From: a virus
Lineage: Duplodnaviria; Caudoviricetes
DNA: 64,000 nt
IMG/VR virus record: IMGVR_UViG_3300022601_000013
Direction: 5' to 3' (one strand)
Shown one piece after another: positions 33,011-41,799 of this stretch. The position numbers were made by a program, and so were the translations under genes. The notes under the pieces are model-generated. The model did not search any database, had not been told where the DNA came from, and worked only from the letters and a program-made list of their open reading frames with translations. Within the stretch, counting starts at the first letter, position 1. Every line of letters starts with the position of its first letter.

Positions 33011-33517
33011 TTACTTTTTTCTTTCTACAGTGACAATAGTATCGTTATGCCAACCTCCGTGAGCAACTAACAATATCTCTACTATTTCAAACCCGTATTT
33101 CTTTCCAATACCACCAGAATTCCATCCGCAAGTAATAACAATACCATTAGGTTTGACAATTCTTGCTATTTGCTCTTTTTGTTTTGACCAATAGCTCGCC
33201 TGTGTTGTTTCCATATTTACTGTCATATTAAACTTTTTATAACACTCTGATACTTGTCGAGGTGAGAATGGAGGGTCATACAACACAACATCAGCAATAT
33301 TATCGTTCATTATTTTTAAAAATTCAGTTGCATCCATATGATATGTAGTGTCATACGATGGGTCTAAGTCGTTTGTAATTGTTCCATATTTATTATTATT
33401 AGCAAAAGGGTCTACAACAATTTTCACGCCATTAACATACTTTTCTACAAGCTCTTTTATTGGTTTGATTTTAAAAGTGTTTTTGTTAGGCATGTGCCAT
33501 ACTCTGTTTACTGTCAT
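33011..33517 (-). CDS. small adenine-specific DNA methyltransferase-like protein
   Basis: VDPFAN SAM-binding-like segment and DPPF motif. Confidence 0.75.
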   Translation of the reverse strand: MTVNRVWHMPNKNTFKIKPIKELVEKYVNGVKIVVDPFANNNKYGTITNDLDPSYDTTYHMDATEFLKIMNDNIADVVLYDPPFSPRQVSECYKKFNMTVNMETTQASYWSKQKEQIARIVKPNGIVITCGWNSGGIGKKYGFEIVEILLVAHGGWHNDTIVTVERKK

Positions 33518-33640
33518 ACATCATCCTCCTCATTTAATTTTGTATTGTTGAACTTTATATGACAATTATATCACTTTATTAATACATTTTCAATTCGCAT
33601 TTTATACAAATTTATATTATAAAATTTGTGTTATTTTTAT

Positions 33641-33676
33641 TAAAAACTCCCAACATATATTGCTGGGAGTTTTTAA
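33641..33676. terminator. terminator hairpin
   Basis: taaaaactccca...tgggagttttta. Confidence 0.7.
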
Positions 33677-33679
33677 TAA

Positions 33680-33904
33680 TTATTCACGCTCTGTTAATAA
33701 TAGCTGTTTTAAAATTTTTTGAAACGTTTTCAACATATCATTATGACCTGACAAGAAATAGTCTTGCATTTCTTGTGTTTTATATAATTTATTAATTTCC
33801 ATTCTCATATCATCATATTTGCAACCAATTTTACAAACCATTATTAATGTTATTGTTAATATAATTAAACACAATATTGCAAATATACACATAAGTACAC
33901 CCAT
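33680..33904 (-). CDS. small membrane-anchored protein
   Basis: N-terminal hydrophobic helix followed by coiled coil. Confidence 0.55.
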   Translation of the reverse strand: MGVLMCIFAILCLIILTITLIMVCKIGCKYDDMRMEINKLYKTQEMQDYFLSGHNDMLKTFQKILKQLLLTERE

Positions 33905-34036
33905 ATATCAACCCACCTTATCAATATTATTTAACTCACTTTCAAGTTGTGCGATATATTGCTTTAACTCTTGAACATAAGCGGCAATTTCAGGTTCTGT
34001 GTACCACTTTCCATCTATAAACATAATATTCACCTC

Positions 34037-34483
34037 TTACAGCTTCCATATTTCTACATTACAGTCTGTAAAAACATTTTCAATCATTTGATATACAACA
34101 TTCCAGTTACCGCCACCTCTACAACAGCTCATCATATAAGGGAAAGCAACTGTGTCAATATTGTTATTAATCATATATTCCTTTACAGTATTTAAACATT
34201 GCCGCAAATTGTCATAGGAAGTATACTGCTTGCCGTCATAACCATACTTTTCCTGACCGCACATATTTGCAATAACTTGATCAGACGTGGCGTTTGCAAA
34301 GTTTACATATCCAAGCTTAAGTAATCCTTTTTCGTAGTCATTACGATACTCGTTATAAACGTGAGGATATCTTTTTTTCACTTCTGCTGCAACTCCGCTA
34401 CCCATTACACCTTGGCAGTTGCATTGATGACAAATAACTTTCGCTGTTGAGTTAAACAAATTTCCTTGAATTAAATTAACCAT
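34037..34483 (-). CDS. macrodomain (ADP-ribose binding/hydrolase) protein
   Basis: GNLF, HQCNCQGVMGSGVA, FPYMMSCCRGGGNW. Confidence 0.88.
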   Translation of the reverse strand: MVNLIQGNLFNSTAKVICHQCNCQGVMGSGVAAEVKKRYPHVYNEYRNDYEKGLLKLGYVNFANATSDQVIANMCGQEKYGYDGKQYTSYDNLRQCLNTVKEYMINNNIDTVAFPYMMSCCRGGGNWNVVYQMIENVFTDCNVEIWKL

Positions 34484-34495
34484 ATTAAACCTCCA

Positions 34496-34610
34496 CTAAT
34501 CATCTTTTGCAGTAAGAATTATTTCATCTAATGTTCTTGGCGTATAATTCATATACTTTAACATAGCTCCCACATTCTATGTGTAAATCTGAAATATAAA
34601 ACTTAGCCAA
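34496..34610 (-). pseudogene. metallophosphoesterase remnant with internal deletion
   Basis: RBS + TTG MAKFYISDLHI joined out of frame to NVGAMLKYMNYTPRTLDEII. Confidence 0.6.
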
Positions 34611-34629
34611 TTAATATCACTCCTTTAAT

Positions 34630-34902
34630 TTAAAAGAAAGCAGTAGTAAAGTCAGATGGCATAGGATAATTGTATTTTTTACAGAACTCAATAAGCATAT
34701 CTACTGTAACATCTATCTTATTACATTTTTTCTCTATATATGTTGGCTTAACACCATACGCCTTTACCCACTTTTTCTGTATTCTCTTTTTTTTGTGTTT
34801 TTTTACTGGCTCGAATTTTCCAGTAGGAACAAGCTCTATGCTGTCAACAGCGAGCTCGTCTGTATGCTTCATAATCTCTTGTATTAATTCTTGCGTTGTC
34901 AT
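34630..34902 (-). CDS. hypothetical protein
   Basis: ORF with GGAGG RBS; basic HKKKRIQKKW motif. Confidence 0.6.
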   Translation of the reverse strand: MTTQELIQEIMKHTDELAVDSIELVPTGKFEPVKKHKKKRIQKKWVKAYGVKPTYIEKKCNKIDVTVDMLIEFCKKYNYPMPSDFTTAFF

Positions 34903-34914
34903 ATTGTTTCCTCC

Positions 34915-35340
34915 TTAACGAAATATTGAGCAGTCACAAATTAATTCATAATCATCTGCCACGAATTTTATTTTATTGTAGTCAAATATATCTTTCTTTG
35001 GAGTTTCATTACTCCAAACGTCAAGTATTTCTACAATAAACTTATCAACAGCTCTATTTAATGCAAGTGTACTAAACATAGGGGCATTAAAATCTTCAAT
35101 AAAACCAAAAGCGTAAGACTTGGTTTTTTTATCATATATACCAATCTTATATTTAATAGACGCTCCACTACCATCGCTGTATGGAAAGACAGTTCTATCT
35201 AACTGTCTTACAACAAATCTTCCCATCCATAGTTCATCTTGTGAAATTGTGCCATTAAGAGTTTTCACAATTTGATTAAATCTTTTTTGTCTTCTTTTAA
35301 TTAATTTTTTTAAATTTGTTTTCTTTATTAGAGAATCCAT
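34915..35340 (-). CDS. hypothetical protein
   Basis: ORF within operon. Confidence 0.6.
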   Translation of the reverse strand: MDSLIKKTNLKKLIKRRQKRFNQIVKTLNGTISQDELWMGRFVVRQLDRTVFPYSDGSGASIKYKIGIYDKKTKSYAFGFIEDFNAPMFSTLALNRAVDKFIVEILDVWSNETPKKDIFDYNKIKFVADDYELICDCSIFR

Positions 35341-35343
35341 ATT

Positions 35344-37044
35344 TTATTCCACCTCACAATTTATAATTTTACATTGCGGAGTTACAACTCCTTTATATTC
35401 GTTTAACTCACATTCAACTATTGCATCGAATATAATTATATCGTCAGTTTCTTCCCAAGAATTCATATAGTCGTATAATAAATCACCATTTGATACTTTA
35501 AATTGCACAAATTTTATTCCATCTATTTCAAAACAAATTGTGTCAAAATTTTTACCACAAATATAAATATCATCCTTATTGACACAAATATTTTTAATTA
35601 TTGTTTTAGGTTCTTTTAGTCCTGTACCAAACAACCATTTGGCATCATCTATGTCCTTAATAAAACCAACATCAAGCTCGTCAATGTTAATATCAAAATC
35701 ACATCTATATATTTTTTCCATATCTACATCTGATAATTTTTCATTAAACCATTTTATAGTTTCGTCAATATCAGAAATTTCAAAACCGTGTGCACTTGGA
35801 TGTCCTTGGCTCATAATACAATATGGACATTGTGCCAGTGTATCTCTTAAATTTTCTACTGGAGAATCATCAAAATTTCTGCCAGAACCACCAAAGTTTC
35901 CATTTTTAACATTTTTACCAAGAAGAACAGGTTTGTTTAATGCGTCACTCATTTTTATTGCAACAAGACCATTTAGAGATTTATCAATTACTTCTGATGT
36001 ATTTAATATAACTATCTTATTATTATATTGCTGTTGAGCTTCTCTCATTAAAATTGGCAACGCCTTATCTCTCATTCTTGTCTGCTTGCCCTGATATGAC
36101 TTACACAATCTAATAGTATGTTCATATATATTTTCTTCAATAGGGAATACTTCTCCACGTTTTGTATATTCAAATACTTCATCATCAATTTCACAAAACG
36201 CTTTCATAAGCAACGCTCTTTCTTCGTAGGTTGCCAATCTAAGAAATGCATTAATCAGTGGGGTTACAGAAAATGATATAGTGTGTGGAATAATAATTCC
36301 TTTTATAGAAAATTCTTGTGCTTTGATTATTTCATTAAACATTATGTTGTTAATGTTTGACAACCCAATATTAATAGTTGCTCTTGTACTCATAGATGTG
36401 ATATTCATATTATCAGATATGTTAGCTAAAGCAACAAGATCAAGACATACTTCATTATACTCTGTCCAGTAATAATTGTCCAGTGCTCTAACAAAATCCC
36501 ATGTTATATGTGCTCCACAGGCATTCTTATTATAATACCTATCAGACGTTTGGTTGTTTAATATAATAGCGGAACTTTCTCTTTTATCACTCTTTTCGTG
36601 ATGGTCAGCAATAATTATATCTATACCATTATCAACCAAACTGTTACATATGTCAATATCGTTTGTTGAACTATCTGGAGTAATAATTAATTTTGTATCG
36701 TCTTCGATATCAAAATCTTCGTCTGCTAATCCGTGCGACTTATTGTTTTTATGTAATATTAAGTACACAGGATATTCAGAGTCAAGATGTTTTATGTATT
36801 TAAACATTATCGTTGCACTACAAACTCCATCAGGGTCGGTATCAACCAATATACCGATTTTATCTTTTTTTTCAAAATGCTTATCAAAGCAACTTACAGC
36901 ATCATCAATATTATCTAAATCACGATAATCTTCAATATCATCTTTTGATAAGTTTAAATATCTATCTGCATCATCAACGCCTCTGTTGTTTAATATAGTT
37001 TTAACTACATTTGATGTATCATTATTTCCTATCAGTTTATACAT
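35344..37044 (-). CDS. recJ: RecJ-like ssDNA exonuclease (DHH family)
   Basis: DTDPDG, TPD, DHH, GSGR, GHPSAHG. Confidence 0.9.
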   Translation of the reverse strand: MYKLIGNNDTSNVVKTILNNRGVDDADRYLNLSKDDIEDYRDLDNIDDAVSCFDKHFEKKDKIGILVDTDPDGVCSATIMFKYIKHLDSEYPVYLILHKNNKSHGLADEDFDIEDDTKLIITPDSSTNDIDICNSLVDNGIDIIIADHHEKSDKRESSAIILNNQTSDRYYNKNACGAHITWDFVRALDNYYWTEYNEVCLDLVALANISDNMNITSMSTRATINIGLSNINNIMFNEIIKAQEFSIKGIIIPHTISFSVTPLINAFLRLATYEERALLMKAFCEIDDEVFEYTKRGEVFPIEENIYEHTIRLCKSYQGKQTRMRDKALPILMREAQQQYNNKIVILNTSEVIDKSLNGLVAIKMSDALNKPVLLGKNVKNGNFGGSGRNFDDSPVENLRDTLAQCPYCIMSQGHPSAHGFEISDIDETIKWFNEKLSDVDMEKIYRCDFDINIDELDVGFIKDIDDAKWLFGTGLKEPKTIIKNICVNKDDIYICGKNFDTICFEIDGIKFVQFKVSNGDLLYDYMNSWEETDDIIIFDAIVECELNEYKGVVTPQCKIINCEVE

Positions 37045-37058
37045 ATATTTTCCTTTCC

Positions 37059-37397
37059 TTAGCTTTCTCTTTTGATATACTTTTCTTTTTCGTATAGCAC
37101 TTCGTTATATAAAACCGTATCTTCTACGTCTTGAGGAAGCTTTCTTCCATCAATATCTATGTCGTTGTATGCTTCTGCAAATGCTTCATCCAACTCTTCT
37201 TTTGTAAGACTACAATATTTGTAATCAGAATAGATAGGAGTAACTGACATAAATTCGTGGTCAAAATGAGTAAACCAATAATGACGTTTTTTTATTCTTG
37301 TTACCAATGCCCTCTTTCTCTTGCTGTCATATTCAGCCCTTTCAAATTGAGTTGTGTATGGGTTTATCCATCCCATTACGAAAAGTTTTTCATTCAT
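37059..37397 (-). CDS. hypothetical protein
   Basis: ORF coupled between primase and recJ. Confidence 0.6.
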   Translation of the reverse strand: MNEKLFVMGWINPYTTQFERAEYDSKRKRALVTRIKKRHYWFTHFDHEFMSVTPIYSDYKYCSLTKEELDEAFAEAYNDIDIDGRKLPQDVEDTVLYNEVLYEKEKYIKRES

Positions 37398-38424
37398 AAA
37401 AATTTTCCTTTCTGAATTTATAAGTATTATTTTTTTTCAACAACTGAAATTTATCCCAGTTGTCTATTGGCGACTCTTTTTCATTCAGTATATTGTCTTT
37501 GTCATAAATATACCAAACAGGAATTTGAGGAAGAAACTTATCACACTCTGCTTCTATATCATCTATAATTCTGTCTTTGTCTAATGCTAAAATTATTTTA
37601 GTATTCAATCTTGTTAAGACATCTACTTGATATTTTGACATTTTACATCCACATATAGATACTGCACCAATGCCGTGTTCGTATGCTAACATTACACTTT
37701 TTTCAGACTCAAATACAACAACATAACCTTGCTGTTGTATCATTGAATATGTTTTATTTAAACCAAACATATATCTTGATTTATTAAAACGTGTCATATA
37801 CAAATATTTTTGCTCTCCACTTTTAAGAGAGTTTGTCATAATCCTACCTTTAATTCCGACAAGATTTTCTAACTCGTCATATAAAGGAAGAATAATCCTA
37901 TTGCTTTGAGGATCATACATTACCCCAAATTCATTTTGTGTTGTTAAACTAATTCCTTCATCACTCCACATCTTATTAGGATATGGCAGGTAATATTTTA
38001 ATACACTTTGATTAATTGGAGTTAATGAAAATTCATTCGTTTCATCACCATCTGATACTGACATAGAATCAAGCAGTTGAATTAACTGTAAGCTTTCTGG
38101 AGGTTTTTCTATTTCTTGATAATACTCTAAATTAAATAAATCGCAAATAAATTGCAACGCTTTAAAGAAAGAACAATCAAGATTATATGCTACTAAATCA
38201 AAAATATCTGTACCACGATTGCTGTTAACCATATTGCGGGTATAATTAACGACTGTTATATTATCGTTTTTATATACTGTAATCGCTGAACAATTATCTC
38301 CGTCTTTGTTACCACACGTATAATAATCACCTTTGTTTTTAATATGGTGACAATCAATTGCAACCAATACTGACTCTATTAAGTCATTATTTACAACAAA
38401 TTCTTTTATGTTCTGAGCATTCAC
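37390..38424 (-). CDS. DnaG-type primase (TOPRIM)
   Basis: RIILP...GIKGR, MFGLN, FESEKS, ALDKD. Confidence 0.85.
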   Translation of the reverse strand: MNAQNIKEFVVNNDLIESVLVAIDCHHIKNKGDYYTCGNKDGDNCSAITVYKNDNITVVNYTRNMVNSNRGTDIFDLVAYNLDCSFFKALQFICDLFNLEYYQEIEKPPESLQLIQLLDSMSVSDGDETNEFSLTPINQSVLKYYLPYPNKMWSDEGISLTTQNEFGVMYDPQSNRIILPLYDELENLVGIKGRIMTNSLKSGEQKYLYMTRFNKSRYMFGLNKTYSMIQQQGYVVVFESEKSVMLAYEHGIGAVSICGCKMSKYQVDVLTRLNTKIILALDKDRIIDDIEAECDKFLPQIPVWYIYDKDNILNEKESPIDNWDKFQLLKKNNTYKFRKENFYE

Positions 38425-38456
38425 GTCTCAGCCACCTTTCTTTTAAAGTTACCCTT

Positions 38457-38485
38457 ATTATATCACATTAATTTTGTACTGTCAA
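38457..38485 (-). promoter_or_regulatory. sigmaA promoter with conserved box
   Basis: TTGACA-GTACAAAATTAATGTGA-TATAAT. Confidence 0.85.
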
Positions 38486-38508
38486 GTGCTTTTAATTTAT
38501 TTTTATAT

Positions 38509-39657
38509 TTAACTATTAGACTTTCTAATTCGCTTAATAACACTAATTATAATATCTGTCGCTTTAATAACATCCTCATGCGACAAATAGTGGCTTAATG
38601 AAATCCTTATAGTAGATAACGCCTGCTCTTCACTTAATCCTATGTTTAATAACGTTTGGCTTGGTTCTGAAGAATACGATTTACACGCTGAACCCTTGGC
38701 TATGATAACGCCGAGCACATCACATAAAGCAACAAGTCTGTCTGCTTCTACATCATCAACGGTTACAGAAATAATATTAGGCAATACATCAAATATTGGG
38801 CCATTTACTTTTATACCATTTATTTTCTGTAAACTGCTAATAATATAATTTCTGTAAAGCTCTATATTATAAATACACTTTCGTCTTGTAATCTCTAAAG
38901 CTTTGCTAAATGCAGCTATTAAAGATGTTGGCTGCGTACCTGCTCGAATACCTTTCTGCTGACTTCCAGATATTAACGGTTCAATTTCTATGCCATTTTT
39001 AACATAGAGAAAACCAATACCCCTTGGAGCACCAAGCTTTTGTCCACTAACACTCATCATATCAATGCCATAATAGTTTACATCTATTTTATACCAAGGA
39101 AAGTATTGCGTAGCATCAACAAGTAAAATACAATTGTATTTATGTACTAATTTAGATATTGATTTAATATCCTGTATAGTGCCAGTTTCAGAATTTGCAA
39201 AAGAAATTGCTACAATAGATCTCGGTTTTAAATCCATCAATTCGATCTCAAGATAATCAAGTTTTATTTTACCTTCGTAATCTACAATTGCATCACCAAC
39301 ATAACATTTGTTTTTGTGTTTGATTTCATTTTTGAGTTCATTTATAGATGTATGCTCTATTGTTGATGAGATAAAGTCTACATTAAAATTATTTTTATTC
39401 AAGTACCCTTTAATAGCTAAACTATTGGCTTCACAAGCACCAGATGTAAAAATTAATTCTTCTGGATTACAGTTAATATCACTTGCGATATATGTTGTTA
39501 CATTATTTATAATCTGTCTGGCATCTACTCCCATTGAATTATCAGATGAGGCGTTCCCCCAATGGTTTTTTAACACATCAACCATAGTGTCAACTACTTG
39601 AGGATGTGTTTTTATTCCAGCTGACGCATCCAAATAAATTTTTTTGTTTTCTTTCAT
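38509..39657 (-). CDS. iscS: cysteine desulfurase (IscS/NifS family)
   Basis: YLDASA, FTSGACEAN, IEH, NSETG, DATQ, SGQKLG PLP lysine, GSAC catalytic Cys. Confidence 0.9.
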   Translation of the reverse strand: MKENKKIYLDASAGIKTHPQVVDTMVDVLKNHWGNASSDNSMGVDARQIINNVTTYIASDINCNPEELIFTSGACEANSLAIKGYLNKNNFNVDFISSTIEHTSINELKNEIKHKNKCYVGDAIVDYEGKIKLDYLEIELMDLKPRSIVAISFANSETGTIQDIKSISKLVHKYNCILLVDATQYFPWYKIDVNYYGIDMMSVSGQKLGAPRGIGFLYVKNGIEIEPLISGSQQKGIRAGTQPTSLIAAFSKALEITRRKCIYNIELYRNYIISSLQKINGIKVNGPIFDVLPNIISVTVDDVEADRLVALCDVLGVIIAKGSACKSYSSEPSQTLLNIGLSEEQALSTIRISLSHYLSHEDVIKATDIIISVIKRIRKSNS

Positions 39658-39688
39658 AAAATCAATTCCTTTCTTTTTTATATATAGT

Positions 39689-39723
39689 TATTGCGGTGAC
39701 TGTAAAAACAAATCACCGCAATA
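39689..39723. terminator. hairpin downstream of the tRNA cluster
   Basis: tattgcggtga...tcaccgcaata. Confidence 0.5.
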
Positions 39724-39811
39724 TAACGAGGAGGTATCCAAAATGGAAATCGAAGATGTTGGTGCTCCTGACCAGACTTGAACTGGTACGGTATCGCTAC
39801 CGAGGGATTTT

Positions 39812-40596
39812 CTTCCCACTCCATGTCGCCATGGCCGAGTTTTATTTCAACTCGTTGTGGGCTGGACTATGTCTTAACCATATCTTTTTTGACTTAGGTT
39901 GACCCTGTATAGTCTCTACGCACTTCCAATATAATTGGATTGGTACGGCGTTCTCAGAATTGTTCGCCGTTTAGGGGTCATTCACGCAAGAAGTTTCCTT
40001 CAAGGTGCTCCTACAAGAAATTTTTAATGTAACAAATTTTCCTTATGTTTTTTAGTGTTTTTGCCTCTGTAATTATCAGTTAAAGCGTGACAATTTGGAC
40101 ATAACAATTCAAGATTTTCTATATCATTGTTGTCTTTGTCTCCATCTTTGTGATGAACCTCAAGAGGTATCGGAACATTATTCCACATTGTATTTAAACA
40201 GCGTTCACAAATATGTTCTTTGAGTCCTTCTCTAAGAAGCTTCTTTCTGATTTTATTTGTTTGGATATGATCACTTTTTACATATTCTTCAAACGGCATA
40301 TATCTATCGCTTTCGTATGTTTTTCCTGAAAGCCATCCTTGCCCTGTAAAATGCGAAGTGTCTAAATCGTATTGCTCTATCATCTGGTGCATTTGAGCAA
40401 CACTACTGCCAGAGTTTTGTTTATATCCACATTTTCTGGACAATTGAGCATAATTAAAACTTTCTCTTACAAATTGTTCAATTTCTTGCCGAGTAAATCT
40501 TTCCCATTTTTTCATACAAATCACCTAATTTTTTAATATTAGACAATTCTTTAAGCGTCTTGTATGAATTTTTTATAAAAGAATTACTTTCTGAAA
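39812..40596 (-). mobile_element. group I intron (IC3-like), 785 nt, inserted after U34
   Basis: Terminal G; GUAGAGACUA (39919-39910) and AAGACAUAGUCC (39875-39864) form P7; UGACCC/GGGUCA P3; CCUAAG...UAUGG tetraloop receptor; ACGGCG/CGCCGU P4. Confidence 0.92.
40024..40524 (-). CDS. intron-encoded HNH homing endonuclease
   Basis: CERC...LEVHHKDGDKDNNDIENLELLCPNCH; lies inside the intron. Confidence 0.9.
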   Translation of the reverse strand: MICMKKWERFTRQEIEQFVRESFNYAQLSRKCGYKQNSGSSVAQMHQMIEQYDLDTSHFTGQGWLSGKTYESDRYMPFEEYVKSDHIQTNKIRKKLLREGLKEHICERCLNTMWNNVPIPLEVHHKDGDKDNNDIENLELLCPNCHALTDNYRGKNTKKHKENLLH

Positions 40597-40638
40597 AAGT
40601 CCCTTGTGTCTGCCTATTCCACCACAGGAGCTTGGGTA

Positions 40639-40699
40639 TCTACGGAGCGTGGCCAAGCAGTGACCACCACATCAAAATTGTGCTGCTTTACTCCGTAGA
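40639..40699 (-). ncRNA. small structured RNA element between tRNA-Lys and tRNA-Leu
   Basis: 9 bp outer stem UCUACGGAG/CUCCGUAGA, inner AAGCAG/CUGCUU, possible GUGGUC/GGCCAC pseudoknot. Confidence 0.5.
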
Positions 40700-40700
40700 G

Positions 40701-40776
40701 TGGTGAGACATGAGGGACTTGAACCCTCGACCTATCGCTTAAAAGGCGATTGCTCTGCCGACTGAGCTAATGTCTC
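40701..40776 (-). tRNA. tRNA-Lys(UUU)
   Basis: 76 nt cloverleaf, AUCGC-CU-UUU-AA-GCGAU, encoded CCA. Confidence 0.96.
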
Positions 40777-40807
40777 ATATATAATATATGTTAATTTCGC
40801 CATTTTA

Positions 40808-41254
40808 GATAGCTGGTTGGTCGAACCAACTATCATTAATGACTCGCTCTCGTTGCCCTTATAATATCAATAATTAATAAACGACCAACTTTACACATTA
40901 TATCTACCAAGTAGGCAACATCAATACTTGAAAAGACTCAACGTGGTCGGCTTGCGAGCGTATGTATAGGCCTGTTGAGTTCTACAATCAACTTTAACCA
41001 ACCTTTGATTGGTACTCCCTCAAACCTCATGCGGTAATTAGGAGCAAAACTAAGGATAGTGGATATCCAACTATCCGTACAAAACACTCGTCAGCGTTTT
41101 AATATATTTTTTAAATATTCCTGTCACTCTTTAAGGTTCTCTGGCAGGCGAACTACGAGATGTTTACAAACTTTTAAGCTACTCGATATCATTTCACTTA
41201 AATTGTCAGATTATAGAGCCCCGCTGCTCAAGGTACTTTCTCACAGGTGCTCTC
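40808..41254 (-). ncRNA. large structured ncRNA candidate between tRNA-Ser and tRNA-Lys
   Basis: No minus-strand ORF of 60 aa or more; at least seven helices and two crossing pairings; most wobble pairs favour the minus strand. Confidence 0.6.
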
Positions 41255-41344
41255 TGGCGGAGAGAGTGGGGTTCGAACCCACGCATCGAATAAACGACCT
41301 AATTGTTTAGCAAACAATCCTCTTAACCGCTTGAGTATCCCTCC
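41255..41344 (-). tRNA. tRNA-Ser(GCU)
   Basis: 90 nt cloverleaf, AUUGU-UU-GCU-AA-ACAAU, long variable arm, G73, CCA. Confidence 0.95.
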
Positions 41345-41350
41345 ACTTAA

Positions 41351-41775
41351 TACTTGTTACAAGCCAGCCTTGAGGACAATCCAAGAGCATTAACCATTAA
41401 CTCTAAAACCTAACATCAAGGATTTTATCAAGCTTTCGTTGGCTATAACAGGCTTACACCGAAGATGCTGTTAGTCTATGCCATATTTACAACTTTAATA
41501 TAATAAACTTTACACACAGTAAAACTTTGAGTCTTGACTTTTAAACTGTAAGATTTGAAATTTAAGCTTTACAGACACACTTACAAATATGTACAAAGCA
41601 GTGTTTGTACATTCTGTTTTATATATCAAATAAAGAAAAATTCTTCTTTCCAATCTTTAAGCTAAAGACTATTAGCATTTACTGCATGTTGTTTTTATTA
41701 TTATTTTACATCATTTTAAAACACGCAAAAACAAACGATGAATAGTTGTTTAGGATTTTCAGCTTGCAACAAGTA
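41351..41775 (-). ncRNA. 425 nt ncRNA candidate closed by a 14 bp terminal helix, with an internal heptamer array
   Basis: UACUUGUUGCAAGC (41775-41762) pairs with GCUUGUAACAAGUA (41364-41351), including a G.U pair; internal helices. Confidence 0.7.
41522..41570 (-). repeat. seven phased degenerate 7-nt repeats
   Basis: AAAGCTT AAATTTC AAATCTT ACAGTTT AAAAGTC AAGACTC AAAGTTT. Confidence 0.7.
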
Positions 41776-41799
41776 GTTGTTAATAAATATTAATTAAAC

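Larger units (their letters stand above)
39760..40631 (-). tRNA. tRNA-Leu(UAA), split: 5' exon 40631-40597, 3' exon 39811-39760
   Basis: Joined exons give GCUCCUG/CAGGAGC acceptor, AGGGA-CU-UAA-AA-UCCCU anticodon arm, long variable arm, T arm, A73 and CCA. Confidence 0.93.

Noticed and set aside
39807-39812. Alternative splice giving a GAA (Phe) anticodon
   Set aside because: The intron would end in A instead of the required G; the long variable arm and A73 indicate Leu
39696-39902. 68 aa plus-strand ORF
   Set aside because: Antisense shadow of the tRNA-Leu 3' exon and intron core
41190-41254. Theta (HDV-like) ribozyme at the tRNA-Ser 3' end
   Set aside because: An AGAGC/GCUCU stem is present, but I could not build P1.1, P3 and the catalytic J4/2; not excluded without a motif search
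41059-41310. 83 aa plus-strand ORF
   Set aside because: Antisense to tRNA-Ser and the structured RNA, in a region transcribed on the minus strand
40808-41775. tmRNA, RNase P RNA or group II intron as the identity of the large RNAs
   Set aside because: No tRNA-like acceptor/T arm with CCA, no GAGGAAAGUCC motif, no domain V found by eye
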